A stretch of DNA of 64,000 bases from Candidatus Binatia bacterium (GTDB lineage Bacteria > Verrucomicrobiota > Verrucomicrobiia > Limisphaerales > UBA8199), in assembly GCA_035566895.1 (NCBI GenBank), contig DATMQA010000120.1:15436-79435 (forward strand), written 5' to 3'. The notes beneath the pieces were generated by a model. The model was not told where the DNA came from. It ran no database searches and was given only the letters and a program-made list of their open reading frames with translations. A program made the translations under genes and the position numbers. Of the stretch, positions 1 to 7,822 are shown one piece after another. The number at the start of each line of letters is the position of its first letter. The first letter of the stretch is position 1.

Positions 1-2
1 TT

Positions 3-1277
3 CAGCCTCAAGGATTAGACCCGGATGATTTCGAGCGATACGTCCGCCACTACGCGGGCCTGCAGGAACTCATTTCGACGGTGGCCCTCGGCGGCAAATT
101 GGTGACACCGGAGGAAGCGAGGCAGCTCTACACTCGCGAACATCAGGAATTGGCCACCGAGGCGGTGTTCTTTTCGGCATCCAACTATTTGGCCGGCGTC
201 TCAGTGCCGGCTGAGGCTCTCACGCAGTTTTACTCCAATAATCTGGCCGCCTACATCATCCCCGAACGCGTGCAGGTCAAGTATGTCCGGTTCAGCGTTT
301 CCAATTACATGGCCCAGGCTGAGACAGACCTCAAAACCAACCTGAACGAACTAGTAGAAACCAATTACCAGCACCTGGGAACCAATCTTGCCGTATTATT
401 CCCCGACGCTAAAACGCCCGAGGCTGCCAAGGCCAAGATTCGCGAACGGCTGATTCAACACAAAGCGATTGATCCCTACGCCAAGAGCAACGCCTTCCTA
501 TTCGCCAGCAAGCTGCTGGATATGAATCCTGTGCGCCCCTCCAATTTCGATGATTTGGCCAGGACCAACGGTCTCTCAGTCGGTGTTAGCGCACCTTTCA
601 GCCGTTCGGAAGGGCCGGAAGACCTCAACGTGGGGGCGGATTTCGTGAAAGCCGCCTTCGGTCTGACCCCTGAGGAACCATTCGCCGGCCCCATCCTCGG
701 CCAGGATGGCGCTTATGAAATTGCGATCAATAAAACGTTGCCTCGCGAGACTCCGTCCCTGGACCAGGTGAAAGCAAAGGTGACAGGGGATTACAAGCGG
801 CAGCAGGCCATGACCATGGCGTTTCAGGCCAGCCAGGCTTTTTATCCGGCGCTGACTAACGGACTGGCACAGGGCAAGAGCTTTTCGGCGATTTGTACTG
901 AGTCGCAACTCAAACCGGTACCACTGCCAGCATTTTCGATCAGCACCCGTGAACTGCCCGAGGTGGAGGAACATCTGAGCGTGGACCAGTTCAAAACGGC
1001 CGCCTTTGGCACTCCTTCCGGCAAGGCCACCAGCCCGATGATGACGAGCGATGGAGGCATGATTCTATTTGTCAAAGCCAAGCTGCCGGTGGATGAGGCC
1101 AAAATGAGGGCTGACCTTCCCAATTTCACCCAGATGGTGCGTCGGCGCCGCCAGGATGACGCCTTCAACCTCTGGTTCGGCCGCGAGATCGAAAGGGGTC
1201 TGCGCAATATCCCGCTGCTGGCCAAGCCCCAACAGGCGCCCCCGACGATGAGCCCCGGCGCAAAAGCCAAGTCCTAG
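3..1277 (+). CDS. PpiD/SurA-like periplasmic folding chaperone, C-terminal part (5' end outside window)
   Basis: The frame of the listed 81..1277 ORF stays open back to nt 3 (QPQGLDPDDFERYVRHYAGLQELIST...), so the gene enters from the left edge. Composition and layout resemble the non-PPIase chaperone region of PpiD-type proteins. No rotamase motif is visible in this part. Confidence 0.5.
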   Translation, partial: QPQGLDPDDFERYVRHYAGLQELISTVALGGKLVTPEEARQLYTREHQELATEAVFFSASNYLAGVSVPAEALTQFYSNNLAAYIIPERVQVKYVRFSVSNYMAQAETDLKTNLNELVETNYQHLGTNLAVLFPDAKTPEAAKAKIRERLIQHKAIDPYAKSNAFLFASKLLDMNPVRPSNFDDLARTNGLSVGVSAPFSRSEGPEDLNVGADFVKAAFGLTPEEPFAGPILGQDGAYEIAINKTLPRETPSLDQVKAKVTGDYKRQQAMTMAFQASQAFYPALTNGLAQGKSFSAICTESQLKPVPLPAFSISTRELPEVEEHLSVDQFKTAAFGTPSGKATSPMMTSDGGMILFVKAKLPVDEAKMRADLPNFTQMVRRRRQDDAFNLWFGREIERGLRNIPLLAKPQQAPPTMSPGAKAKS

Positions 1278-1302
1278 GGCAGCCTCCCGCGGATGCGAGG
1301 CG

Positions 1303-1374
1303 CGCAGATAACGCAGATTGACGCTGATGAAGCGGAGAAAAAGCCGGCATCGGCGGCAATCTGCTTTATCTGCG
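1303..1374. repeat. Intergenic inverted repeat (18-bp arms, 17/18 complementary)
   Basis: CGCAGATAACGCAGATTG (1303-1320) versus CAATCTGCTTTATCTGCG (1357-1374), with a 36-nt loop. It ends 20 nt before the rluA-like ATG. Confidence 0.8.
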
Positions 1375-1393
1375 GGGCTCTTCGGCATGGTTC

Positions 1394-2206
1394 ATGACTT
1401 GGAGCCCGGAAATGCCCATCAAGCTTTCTTCCCCCGCTACTCGCGAGTTCTGGGAAATCCCGGTGCTTTATGAAGACGAGCATCTGCTGGCGCTGGACAA
1501 GCCCAGCGGGCTGCTGACGTCACCGGACCGTTACGACGCAGACCGGCCGAACCTGATGAAGCTGCTGCATGCGGGGATTGCCGCCGGCAAGCCGTGGGCC
1601 AAGGAACGCAGCCTGGCTTACCTCATGAGTGCGCATCGGTTGGAGTTTCAAACCAGCGGGGTGCTCCTGCTGGCCAAGAGCAAATCTGTGCTGGTGAAAC
1701 TGGCGAACGTCTTTGGCTCGGAGAAACCCTCGAGAGGTTACATTGCCCTAGTGCAGGGTGCGCCCGAAGCCGAGCATTTCGAGGTTGAAGCCAAACTTGC
1801 CTCGCACGCGGTCAAAATCGGTTTAGTGCGCGTGGAGCCCAAGCGCGGGAAGCATGCGCGCACGCTTTTTGAGGTGTTGGAAAGATTTTCCGGCTGGACT
1901 CTGCTCAAATGCTTGACGGTGACCGGCCGACCGCACCAGATTCAGGTTCATTTGCGCCACGCCGGCTTGCCGATTGTGGGTGATGAGTTATATGGCGGGA
2001 AACCTTTGTGGCTCTCCCGCCTCAAGCGCGATTTTCGGCTCAAGCCCCACCATACCGAACGACCGCTAATGGCCCGCGTGGCGCTCCATGCGGAGAGACT
2101 GGCACTACCACATCCGGAAACGGGCGAACTCCTCAATATCACCTCCCCCTGGCCAAAGGATATGAATGTTGCGCTGAAATATCTGCGGAAATACGGGGCC
2201 CCTTGA
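1394..2206 (+). CDS. RluA-family pseudouridine synthase-like protein (motif II reads HRLE instead of HRLD)
   Basis: Family motifs LLALDKPSGLL, HRLEFQTSGVLLLAKS and GRPHQIQVHLRHAGLPIVGDELYG are present. ATG start, 270 aa. Confidence 0.85.
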   Translation: MTWSPEMPIKLSSPATREFWEIPVLYEDEHLLALDKPSGLLTSPDRYDADRPNLMKLLHAGIAAGKPWAKERSLAYLMSAHRLEFQTSGVLLLAKSKSVLVKLANVFGSEKPSRGYIALVQGAPEAEHFEVEAKLASHAVKIGLVRVEPKRGKHARTLFEVLERFSGWTLLKCLTVTGRPHQIQVHLRHAGLPIVGDELYGGKPLWLSRLKRDFRLKPHHTERPLMARVALHAERLALPHPETGELLNITSPWPKDMNVALKYLRKYGAP

Positions 2207-2209
2207 CAA

Positions 2210-2276
2210 GAACCCGAACTCCGAGGGCCGCGGCGCGAAAGAAGTTCGAACCTCGAAATCCGAAATTGGGCCCTCG
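2210..2276. repeat. CGAA-periodic palindromic element between convergent genes
   Basis: CGAGGGCC (2222-2229) pairs with GGCCCTCG (2269-2276). The interior TTCGAACCTCGAAATCCGAAATT is of the same sequence class as the arms at 4722-4848. It lies between the rluA-like stop (2206) and the argF stop (2309). Confidence 0.55.
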
Positions 2277-2308
2277 CAGGCATCGTGGGCTTTGGGGGGA
2301 ACCCTGGT

Positions 2309-3205
2309 CTAGGTCACAAGCCAATTCAGAACCGCCTTCTGGGCATGAAGCCGGTTTTCTGCCTCATCAAAAATCGTCTGGGCATTCGCTTCGAAGGTTT
2401 CATCGTCAATTTCTTTGCCACGATAGGCCGGCAGGCAATGCATTACTAACACCCCAGGGCTGGCGAGTTTGACCACACCCGCATTGATCTGATAGCCGGT
2501 CAATTGCCGAATACGATCGGCGGACTCCGTTTCTTTTCCCATCGACACCCAGACGTCGGTATAGAGCACGTCCGCGCCGGCAGCCGCGGCTTTGAGGTCC
2601 TCGGTGCAGATGACCGTTCCGCCCGCTCGTCGCAGCAAATGGGTCGCAGGGTGAAAACTCCGAGGGGCGGCGATTCGCAGTTCAAAGCCCAACCTGGCAG
2701 CGGCAAAGATCCAGGAGTTGACCACATTGCAGGCGCCGTCGCCGATGAACGTCACCACCTTGCCCTCGATGGGGCCGCGTTTTTCCTGGAAAGTAAAGAG
2801 GTCAGCCAGAATCTGGCAGGGGTGCTCGTCATCGGTCAGCGCGTTGATAGTGGGGATGCGCGCGTAACGGGCGAACTCTTCGACATCGTTTTGCGCGAAA
2901 GTGCGAAAGATGGCGCCGTGCACCATCCGGGCCAGCACCCGCGCGGTGTCTTTGATCGGTTCGCCCCGCCCCAATTGGATTTCGTTAGCTGGAAGAAAAA
3001 TCACCTGGCCTCCCAGTTCGCGCACCCCTACTTCGAATGAGACCCGGGTGCGGGTCGAGGACTTGGAAAAGAGCATCGCCCAGATCTGGCCGGCCAGAGG
3101 CTGGCGGCCGAGCCGCCCGCGTTCCCGTTTAATAAGCGCGGTATCGGCCAGGATACGCTCCAGGTCCGCCCGCTCCAGTTTCTCAATGCTCAACAGGTGT
3201 TTCAT
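2309..3205 (-). CDS. argF: Ornithine carbamoyltransferase
   Basis: STRTRVSFEVG carbamoyl-phosphate motif, HPCQILADL and HCLPAYRGKEI. I prefer the ATG at 3205 (MKHLLSIEKL...) over the listed TTG at 3211. Confidence 0.93.
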   Translation of the reverse strand: MKHLLSIEKLERADLERILADTALIKRERGRLGRQPLAGQIWAMLFSKSSTRTRVSFEVGVRELGGQVIFLPANEIQLGRGEPIKDTARVLARMVHGAIFRTFAQNDVEEFARYARIPTINALTDDEHPCQILADLFTFQEKRGPIEGKVVTFIGDGACNVVNSWIFAAARLGFELRIAAPRSFHPATHLLRRAGGTVICTEDLKAAAAGADVLYTDVWVSMGKETESADRIRQLTGYQINAGVVKLASPGVLVMHCLPAYRGKEIDDETFEANAQTIFDEAENRLHAQKAVLNWLVT

Positions 3206-3214
3206 TGGCAAGAG

Positions 3215-3350
3215 TGGTTACAGGGTTGCATTGGTTATAGCCACATGGGAAGCCCACGGTGGGCGGCCGGTGATGATGTAACGATGTAACCGTTTAACTA
3301 TGCAACCTTGTAATGATGTGACCATGCAACCAGTTCAACCGTGTAACCTT
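3215..3350. repeat. Degenerate GGTTRCA / TGYAACC short-repeat array
   Basis: Forward copies GGTTACA, GGTTGCA, GGTTATA lie at 3217-3237. About 8 reverse copies (TGTAAC, TGTAACC, TGCAACC, TGTGACC, TTCAACC...) lie at 3277-3348. The array fills the argD-argF spacer and runs into the last codons of argD. Confidence 0.7.
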
Positions 3351-4624
3351 GCGGCGACTGCTTCCAGAATGGCCAATCCCTCCTCCGCTTCGTTCTGACG
3401 CAAATTGAGCGGCGGTAAAAATCGGAGGATTTGGCCGCCGGCTGGAATCGTCAGCAGCCCGGCGGCATGCAACAGATTAGCAAAACGGAGCGCTTGCGTT
3501 TTATTCGCGTCACCCGGCAAGTTCGAAATGTTCGGGGCGAGTTCGAGGCCCAGCATCAGACCCAGGCCCCGGGCATTCTGGAAGAGCGTGGGGTGCATCT
3601 GGGTCAGGCGCAACAGCCCCGTCTTGAGATAGTCCCCGACCCGCCGGGCGTTATCGGCCAACTTCTCCCGCTGAACGACCTCGACGATTTTTAATGCCAC
3701 TGCACACGCCAGCGGTGAGCCGCCATAAGTCGTTCCGTGCGTACCGGTGCCCAGCACGTCGGCGAAGGGCGCCCGGACCCAGAACGCGCCAACCGGGAAG
3801 CCACCGCCAAGCGATTTAGCCATCGAAAGGCCATCCGGCAGGAATGAGTCGCTGCCGGGCAGGCCTTCGAGAATGCGGTGAAAGCTTTGGAATCTCCCGG
3901 TACGGAAATGGCCGTCCTGCACGCCGTCCATTAGCAGCAACAGTTTTTTCTCATCGCAGAGCCGGCGCAAGCCCAAAAGGTACTCCGGCGTGGCCGGCGT
4001 GACTCCGCCTTCGCCTTGGACCCCCTCGACCATGATCGCAGCGGTGGCGGGTGAAATGGCGGCGCTTATTGCGCCAAGGTCGTTATACGGCACCTGCCGG
4101 AACCCTGGCACCGCCGGCTCGAACCCCTTTTTGACCTTCTCCTGCCCGGTCGCGGCAATGGCCGCCAGTGTGCGTCCATGAAACGAATTGAACGTGGTAA
4201 GAATCTCGAAGCGTCCTTCGTCATGGCCGAATTTGCGCGCCAGCTTGAACAGCCCTTCGTTCGCTTCAACGCCGCTGTTGCAGAAGAAGCATTTGCCAGG
4301 GCCCAGCAGACTCACCAGCGTCTGGGCGAGGCGCCCTTGCGGTTCGTGATAATAGAAATTGGAAATGTGGATCAGCTTGCGGGATTGTTCGCTGAGAGCT
4401 TCGGTTATCGCCGGGTGGGCGTGACCCAGTGAGCTGACGGCGATGCCGCCGCCCAGGTCGAGATAGCGTTTGCCGGTAACGTCGTAGAGATAGCTGCCTG
4501 CGCCATGCGACAACACCAACTCGAAACGGCCATAGCTGGGCACGACATTTTTTTGGAACAGCGCTTTCACAGCAGCCGCTTCATTGCGCACGAGTGGCGG
4601 CGGTGACGGAACGATTTCTTTCAT
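3335..4624 (-). CDS. argD: Acetylornithine aminotransferase (class III PLP aminotransferase)
   Basis: YGRFELVLSHGAGSYLYDVTGKRYLDLGGGIAVSSLGHAHP and the class-III aminotransferase layout. ATG at 4624 (MKEIVPS...); the listed start 4648 is an alternative. It lies upstream of argF on the same strand. Confidence 0.9.
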   Translation of the reverse strand: MKEIVPSPPPLVRNEAAAVKALFQKNVVPSYGRFELVLSHGAGSYLYDVTGKRYLDLGGGIAVSSLGHAHPAITEALSEQSRKLIHISNFYYHEPQGRLAQTLVSLLGPGKCFFCNSGVEANEGLFKLARKFGHDEGRFEILTTFNSFHGRTLAAIAATGQEKVKKGFEPAVPGFRQVPYNDLGAISAAISPATAAIMVEGVQGEGGVTPATPEYLLGLRRLCDEKKLLLLMDGVQDGHFRTGRFQSFHRILEGLPGSDSFLPDGLSMAKSLGGGFPVGAFWVRAPFADVLGTGTHGTTYGGSPLACAVALKIVEVVQREKLADNARRVGDYLKTGLLRLTQMHPTLFQNARGLGLMLGLELAPNISNLPGDANKTQALRFANLLHAAGLLTIPAGGQILRFLPPLNLRQNEAEEGLAILEAVAARLHG

Positions 4625-4721
4625 GGTTGCGACTCGAAACGGAACCAAACTTTAACGGGAAATAGCGGGGAGGGAAGCGGAATATTGCGACGCGGATCAA
4701 AATGCTCGCCCATTTCCAGCC

Positions 4722-4848
4722 CCAAACCCGAAACCCGAAATCCGAAGCCCGAACGAGATCCGAACGCCGAAACCTGGTGACATGACAGATGATTCCGATT
4801 TCGCGCTTCGGCCTTCTTTCGGACTTCGGCTCGAATTTCCGGGTTTGG
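4722..4848. repeat. Long imperfect inverted repeat (about 55-nt arms) built from CCGAA/CGAAA units
   Basis: The left arm is CCAAACCCGAAACCCGAAATCCGAAGCCCGAACGAGATCCGAACGCCGAAACC (4722-4775). The reverse complement of the right arm (4791-4848) is CCAAACCCGGAAATTCGAGCCGAAGTCCGAAAGAAGGCCGAAGCGCGAAATCGGAATC. It sits in the divergent spacer between argD and the small membrane gene. Confidence 0.8.
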
Positions 4849-4909
4849 CATCCGGTTGCGTTCCGTCGTTTCCTGGGTTAAGGACAAGCGGGCCGATGAG
4901 TCCTCTGAA

Positions 4910-5158
4910 ATGAGACGGGACGTTGAAAATTCACTAAGGTCGTTTTTTGTGGAGTTGGTCGTTTATGCGGCGCTGGTGGCCGGCTATTACTTTCTGGTGC
5001 TGCACTTTCTCGGGACATGGCTTGAGCAATTGTTCCGAAATGAGCGCCGCGTCTATGCCTTTGTGGCGCTGGCTTTGATCCTCGGCCAGGGACTGGTCCT
5101 GGAGGTCCTCACGCGCCTGCTGCTGACCTGGATCAAACCGCACACGGAGGATGGATGA
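4910..5158 (+). CDS. Small two-helix membrane protein, unknown function
   Basis: Two hydrophobic stretches (VELVVYAALVAGYYFLVLHFLG and VYAFVALALILGQGLVLEVL). The stop overlaps the next ATG as ATGA (5155-5158). I prefer the ATG at 4910 because the listed TTG at 4856 abuts the repeat arm. Confidence 0.5.
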   Translation: MRRDVENSLRSFFVELVVYAALVAGYYFLVLHFLGTWLEQLFRNERRVYAFVALALILGQGLVLEVLTRLLLTWIKPHTEDG

Positions 5159-6075
5159 CCTTCCCGATTTCCGGTGTTCACATCAATCCGATCTACCTCA
5201 TTGCGGTGGGGTTTGTCGTGGGAATTCTCGGTGGGTTCTTCGGCGTAGGCGGCAGTTTTCTGGCGGGGCCGGCGCTCTTTGTGGCTGGCGTACCAATGAA
5301 TTTTGTCGTCGGCACGGACCTGGCTCATATCGTGGGCAAATCGATCGTCGCGGCGCGGAAACACCGCACCCTGGGCAACATTGATATCAAGCTAGGTTTG
5401 ATCATGGTGGCAGGAACCATCGCCGGGGTGGAAGCGGGCGCCCAGGCCATCCAAGCCTTGAAGCGCACCGCGCATATGGATTCCGTCGTTGGCCTGAGTT
5501 TTGTGGTCATCCTCCTGGGCGTCTCCGGATTCATGACCTGGGAAAGCGTGAAAACCCTGCGAGGGCAGCGCCGGGCCCGCGCCGCCGGCCGACATTCTTC
5601 AAGGCGTGACCATTCGGCGGTGGCATTTATTGCCCGGGCGGTGCATCGGATTAATTTGCCGCCGCACATTCGCCTGCCCGTTTCGGGCATCGCGCGCGCC
5701 TCGCTTTGGGCCATTTTACTGGTCGCCTTTATCGGCGGCTTCTTCAGCGGCTTCCTGGGCGGTGGAGCTGGTTATATCCGAATGCCTTGTTTGGTGTATT
5801 TGCTGGGTATTCCGACCCACATCGCTGTCGGGACCGATTTGTTTGAAATTATTATTTCGGCGAGTTACGGGACCATCACGCACGCTTTCAAAGGCAATGT
5901 CGATATTCTCATTGCCCTGGTGATGCACACCGGCGCAGCCATCGGCGCCCAAATCGGCGCCACGCTCACGCAATATTTCGGTGGTCCCCGCATCCGGCTG
6001 GCTTTCATCCCGCTGCCGTTGCTGGGCGCGGCGCTAATGATTTACGGACTGGTGACGGGCCACCCGACTAAATAG
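5155..6075 (+). CDS. TauE/SafE (DUF81) family anion exporter
   Basis: Polytopic membrane protein with GGFFGVGGSFLAGPAL and GGFLGGGAGYI repeat halves typical of TauE/SafE. It has a long basic central loop. Confidence 0.8.
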   Translation: MTFPISGVHINPIYLIAVGFVVGILGGFFGVGGSFLAGPALFVAGVPMNFVVGTDLAHIVGKSIVAARKHRTLGNIDIKLGLIMVAGTIAGVEAGAQAIQALKRTAHMDSVVGLSFVVILLGVSGFMTWESVKTLRGQRRARAAGRHSSRRDHSAVAFIARAVHRINLPPHIRLPVSGIARASLWAILLVAFIGGFFSGFLGGGAGYIRMPCLVYLLGIPTHIAVGTDLFEIIISASYGTITHAFKGNVDILIALVMHTGAAIGAQIGATLTQYFGGPRIRLAFIPLPLLGAALMIYGLVTGHPTK

Positions 6076-6077
6076 CC

Positions 6078-6965
6078 ATGAAGCTACTGATTTGCAGCGA
6101 TGGTTCTGAGCAGGCGGAGCGCGCCATTCGCCTGGGAGCCGCGATTGCCGCAGGGTCGCAGGCAGAGGTCACCCTGTTCGGTATCATGGAAGCTAAGGGA
6201 CAAGCGGATGCGCTGCTGGATTCGCTCAAACGCGGCCAGGCGTTGCTGCAGGAAAAGAAGATTCAGGCCGAGCTGATCACCAAGTCAGGCGAGCCCATTT
6301 CCGAGATTGTTAAACGCACCCAGGAGGCCCACTACGATTTGGTGGTCATTGGGGCGGTGCGCAAAGAGACACACGGATTGTTTTGGATGTCCTCCAAATC
6401 TTATAAGATCATCAAAGCCATCCGGCCCCCGGTGCTCCTCGTAGCCGGCAACAGCACGGCCCTGAAGCGGGTGCTGATTTGCAGTGGCGGCCGTCGCTAC
6501 ATCGATACCGCAGTGCAGTTGACCGGACAAATCGCCCGCGGCACCGGTGCCGCCGTCACGCTGTTGCACGTCATGCCCGAACCCCCGGCTCTCTACGCCC
6601 ACTTGCGCCGAATGGAAGAAACCGTCGCCGGATTACTCGCTTCCAATTCCGAGCTGGGTCTGAATCTGCGGCACGAAAAGGAAATGCTGGAATCGTTCGG
6701 GGTGGCAACCGAGGTCCGTCTGCGGCGGGGCTCGGTGCTGGAAGAAATATTACGTGAAATTCACGAGGGCAATTATGACCTGATCGTCACGGGCTCGGCG
6801 CTCAGCCAGCGTTTGCGCACTTACGTGCTGGGCGATATCAGCCGCGAGATTGTTAATCGTGCCGACCGCGCGGTCCTGGTTGCCCGCAGCCAGCAAATCC
6901 CGGACGACGGCCCTCATGGGTTCCGGGACTGGTTGAGTCGGTTCGGCCCGTTGAAAAACTGGTGA
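6078..6965 (+). CDS. Tandem universal stress protein (two UspA domains)
   Basis: Two Usp-like halves (MKLLICSDGSEQAERAI...DLVVIGA and RVLICSGG...DLIVTGS). It starts 2 nt after the TauE stop. Confidence 0.8.
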   Translation: MKLLICSDGSEQAERAIRLGAAIAAGSQAEVTLFGIMEAKGQADALLDSLKRGQALLQEKKIQAELITKSGEPISEIVKRTQEAHYDLVVIGAVRKETHGLFWMSSKSYKIIKAIRPPVLLVAGNSTALKRVLICSGGRRYIDTAVQLTGQIARGTGAAVTLLHVMPEPPALYAHLRRMEETVAGLLASNSELGLNLRHEKEMLESFGVATEVRLRRGSVLEEILREIHEGNYDLIVTGSALSQRLRTYVLGDISREIVNRADRAVLVARSQQIPDDGPHGFRDWLSRFGPLKNW

Positions 6966-7717
6966 AACTCATTTCGTGGAACGTCAACGGCCTTCGCGCG
7001 GTGCTCCGCCGGAATTTCCTGGAATATTTCGCCGAAGAAGCTCCGGACGTTTTTTGTCTCCAGGAAACCAAGGCCGGGCCAAACGATATCGAGCAGCTCT
7101 GGCCGGCGGCTTACACCACCTATTGGAACATCGCTCAGAAAAAGGGCTATTCGAGCACCGCCCTCTTCACCAAGATACGCCCGCTCAAAATCACACTTGG
7201 CCTGGGTCTAGCCGAACACGACTCGGAAGGCCGCGTTCTGACTGCTGAGTATGCCAGCTTTTTCCTGGTTAATGTGTACGTGCCCAACTCCAGGCGCGAC
7301 CTGAGCCGCCTGGCCTACCGGCAGGTCTGGGACCTCGAATTCCTAAAGTACATTAAAAAGCTTGAGCGAAAAAAGCCGGTCGTGTTCTGCGGCGACCTCA
7401 ACGTTGCCCACACTGAGCTGGACCTTGCCCGTCCCCAGGCCAATGTCCATAATCACGGCTTCACCACGGAAGAACGCGCTGGCTTTGAGGCTTTCATCCG
7501 GTCGGGTTTCCTCGACACCTTTCGTGAATTTGAAAAAGGCGGCGGCCATTATACCTGGTGGAGCCCGATGCTGGGCCGGCGCCAGCGCAACATCGGCTGG
7601 CGCATCGATTACTTTCTCATCTCCGCCTCGCTTCGCCCCCGGCTCCGCGACGCCTTCATCCGTTGTGACGTTCTCGGTTCAGACCACTGCCCCGTCGGCA
7701 TCGAGTTGGACCTGTAA
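6962..7717 (+). CDS. xth: Exodeoxyribonuclease III
   Basis: MKLISWNVNGLRAV..., FCLQETK, GDLNVAH and SDHCPV are ExoIII/AP-endonuclease motifs. GTG start, overlapping the usp stop by 4 nt. Confidence 0.92.
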   Translation: MKLISWNVNGLRAVLRRNFLEYFAEEAPDVFCLQETKAGPNDIEQLWPAAYTTYWNIAQKKGYSSTALFTKIRPLKITLGLGLAEHDSEGRVLTAEYASFFLVNVYVPNSRRDLSRLAYRQVWDLEFLKYIKKLERKKPVVFCGDLNVAHTELDLARPQANVHNHGFTTEERAGFEAFIRSGFLDTFREFEKGGGHYTWWSPMLGRRQRNIGWRIDYFLISASLRPRLRDAFIRCDVLGSDHCPVGIELDL

Positions 7718-7751
7718 ACCAGACATCAGGTCAGGGATCAGCCACAACCGA

Positions 7752-7819
7752 GAAGGACGCGAAGAAGCGAAAATATTTCCCAAAAGTTCCAAGTTTTCTT
7801 CCCGTCTTCGCGTCTTCGC
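7752..7819. repeat. Intergenic hairpin element (GACGCGAAGAA class) between convergent genes
   Basis: GAAGGACGCGAAGAAGCGAAAA (7752-7773) pairs imperfectly with TTTTCTTCCCGTCTTCGCGTCTTCGC (7794-7819). It lies between the xth stop (7717) and the nitrilase stop (7823) and could act as a bidirectional terminator. Confidence 0.65.
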
Positions 7820-7822
7820 TGT

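Noticed and set aside
2240-2262. tRNA-like T-loop string GTTCGAACC
   Set aside because: The flanks do not form a T-stem, acceptor stem or anticodon arm. The string belongs to the CGAA-periodic repeat family. No tRNA could be folded anywhere in the window by eye.
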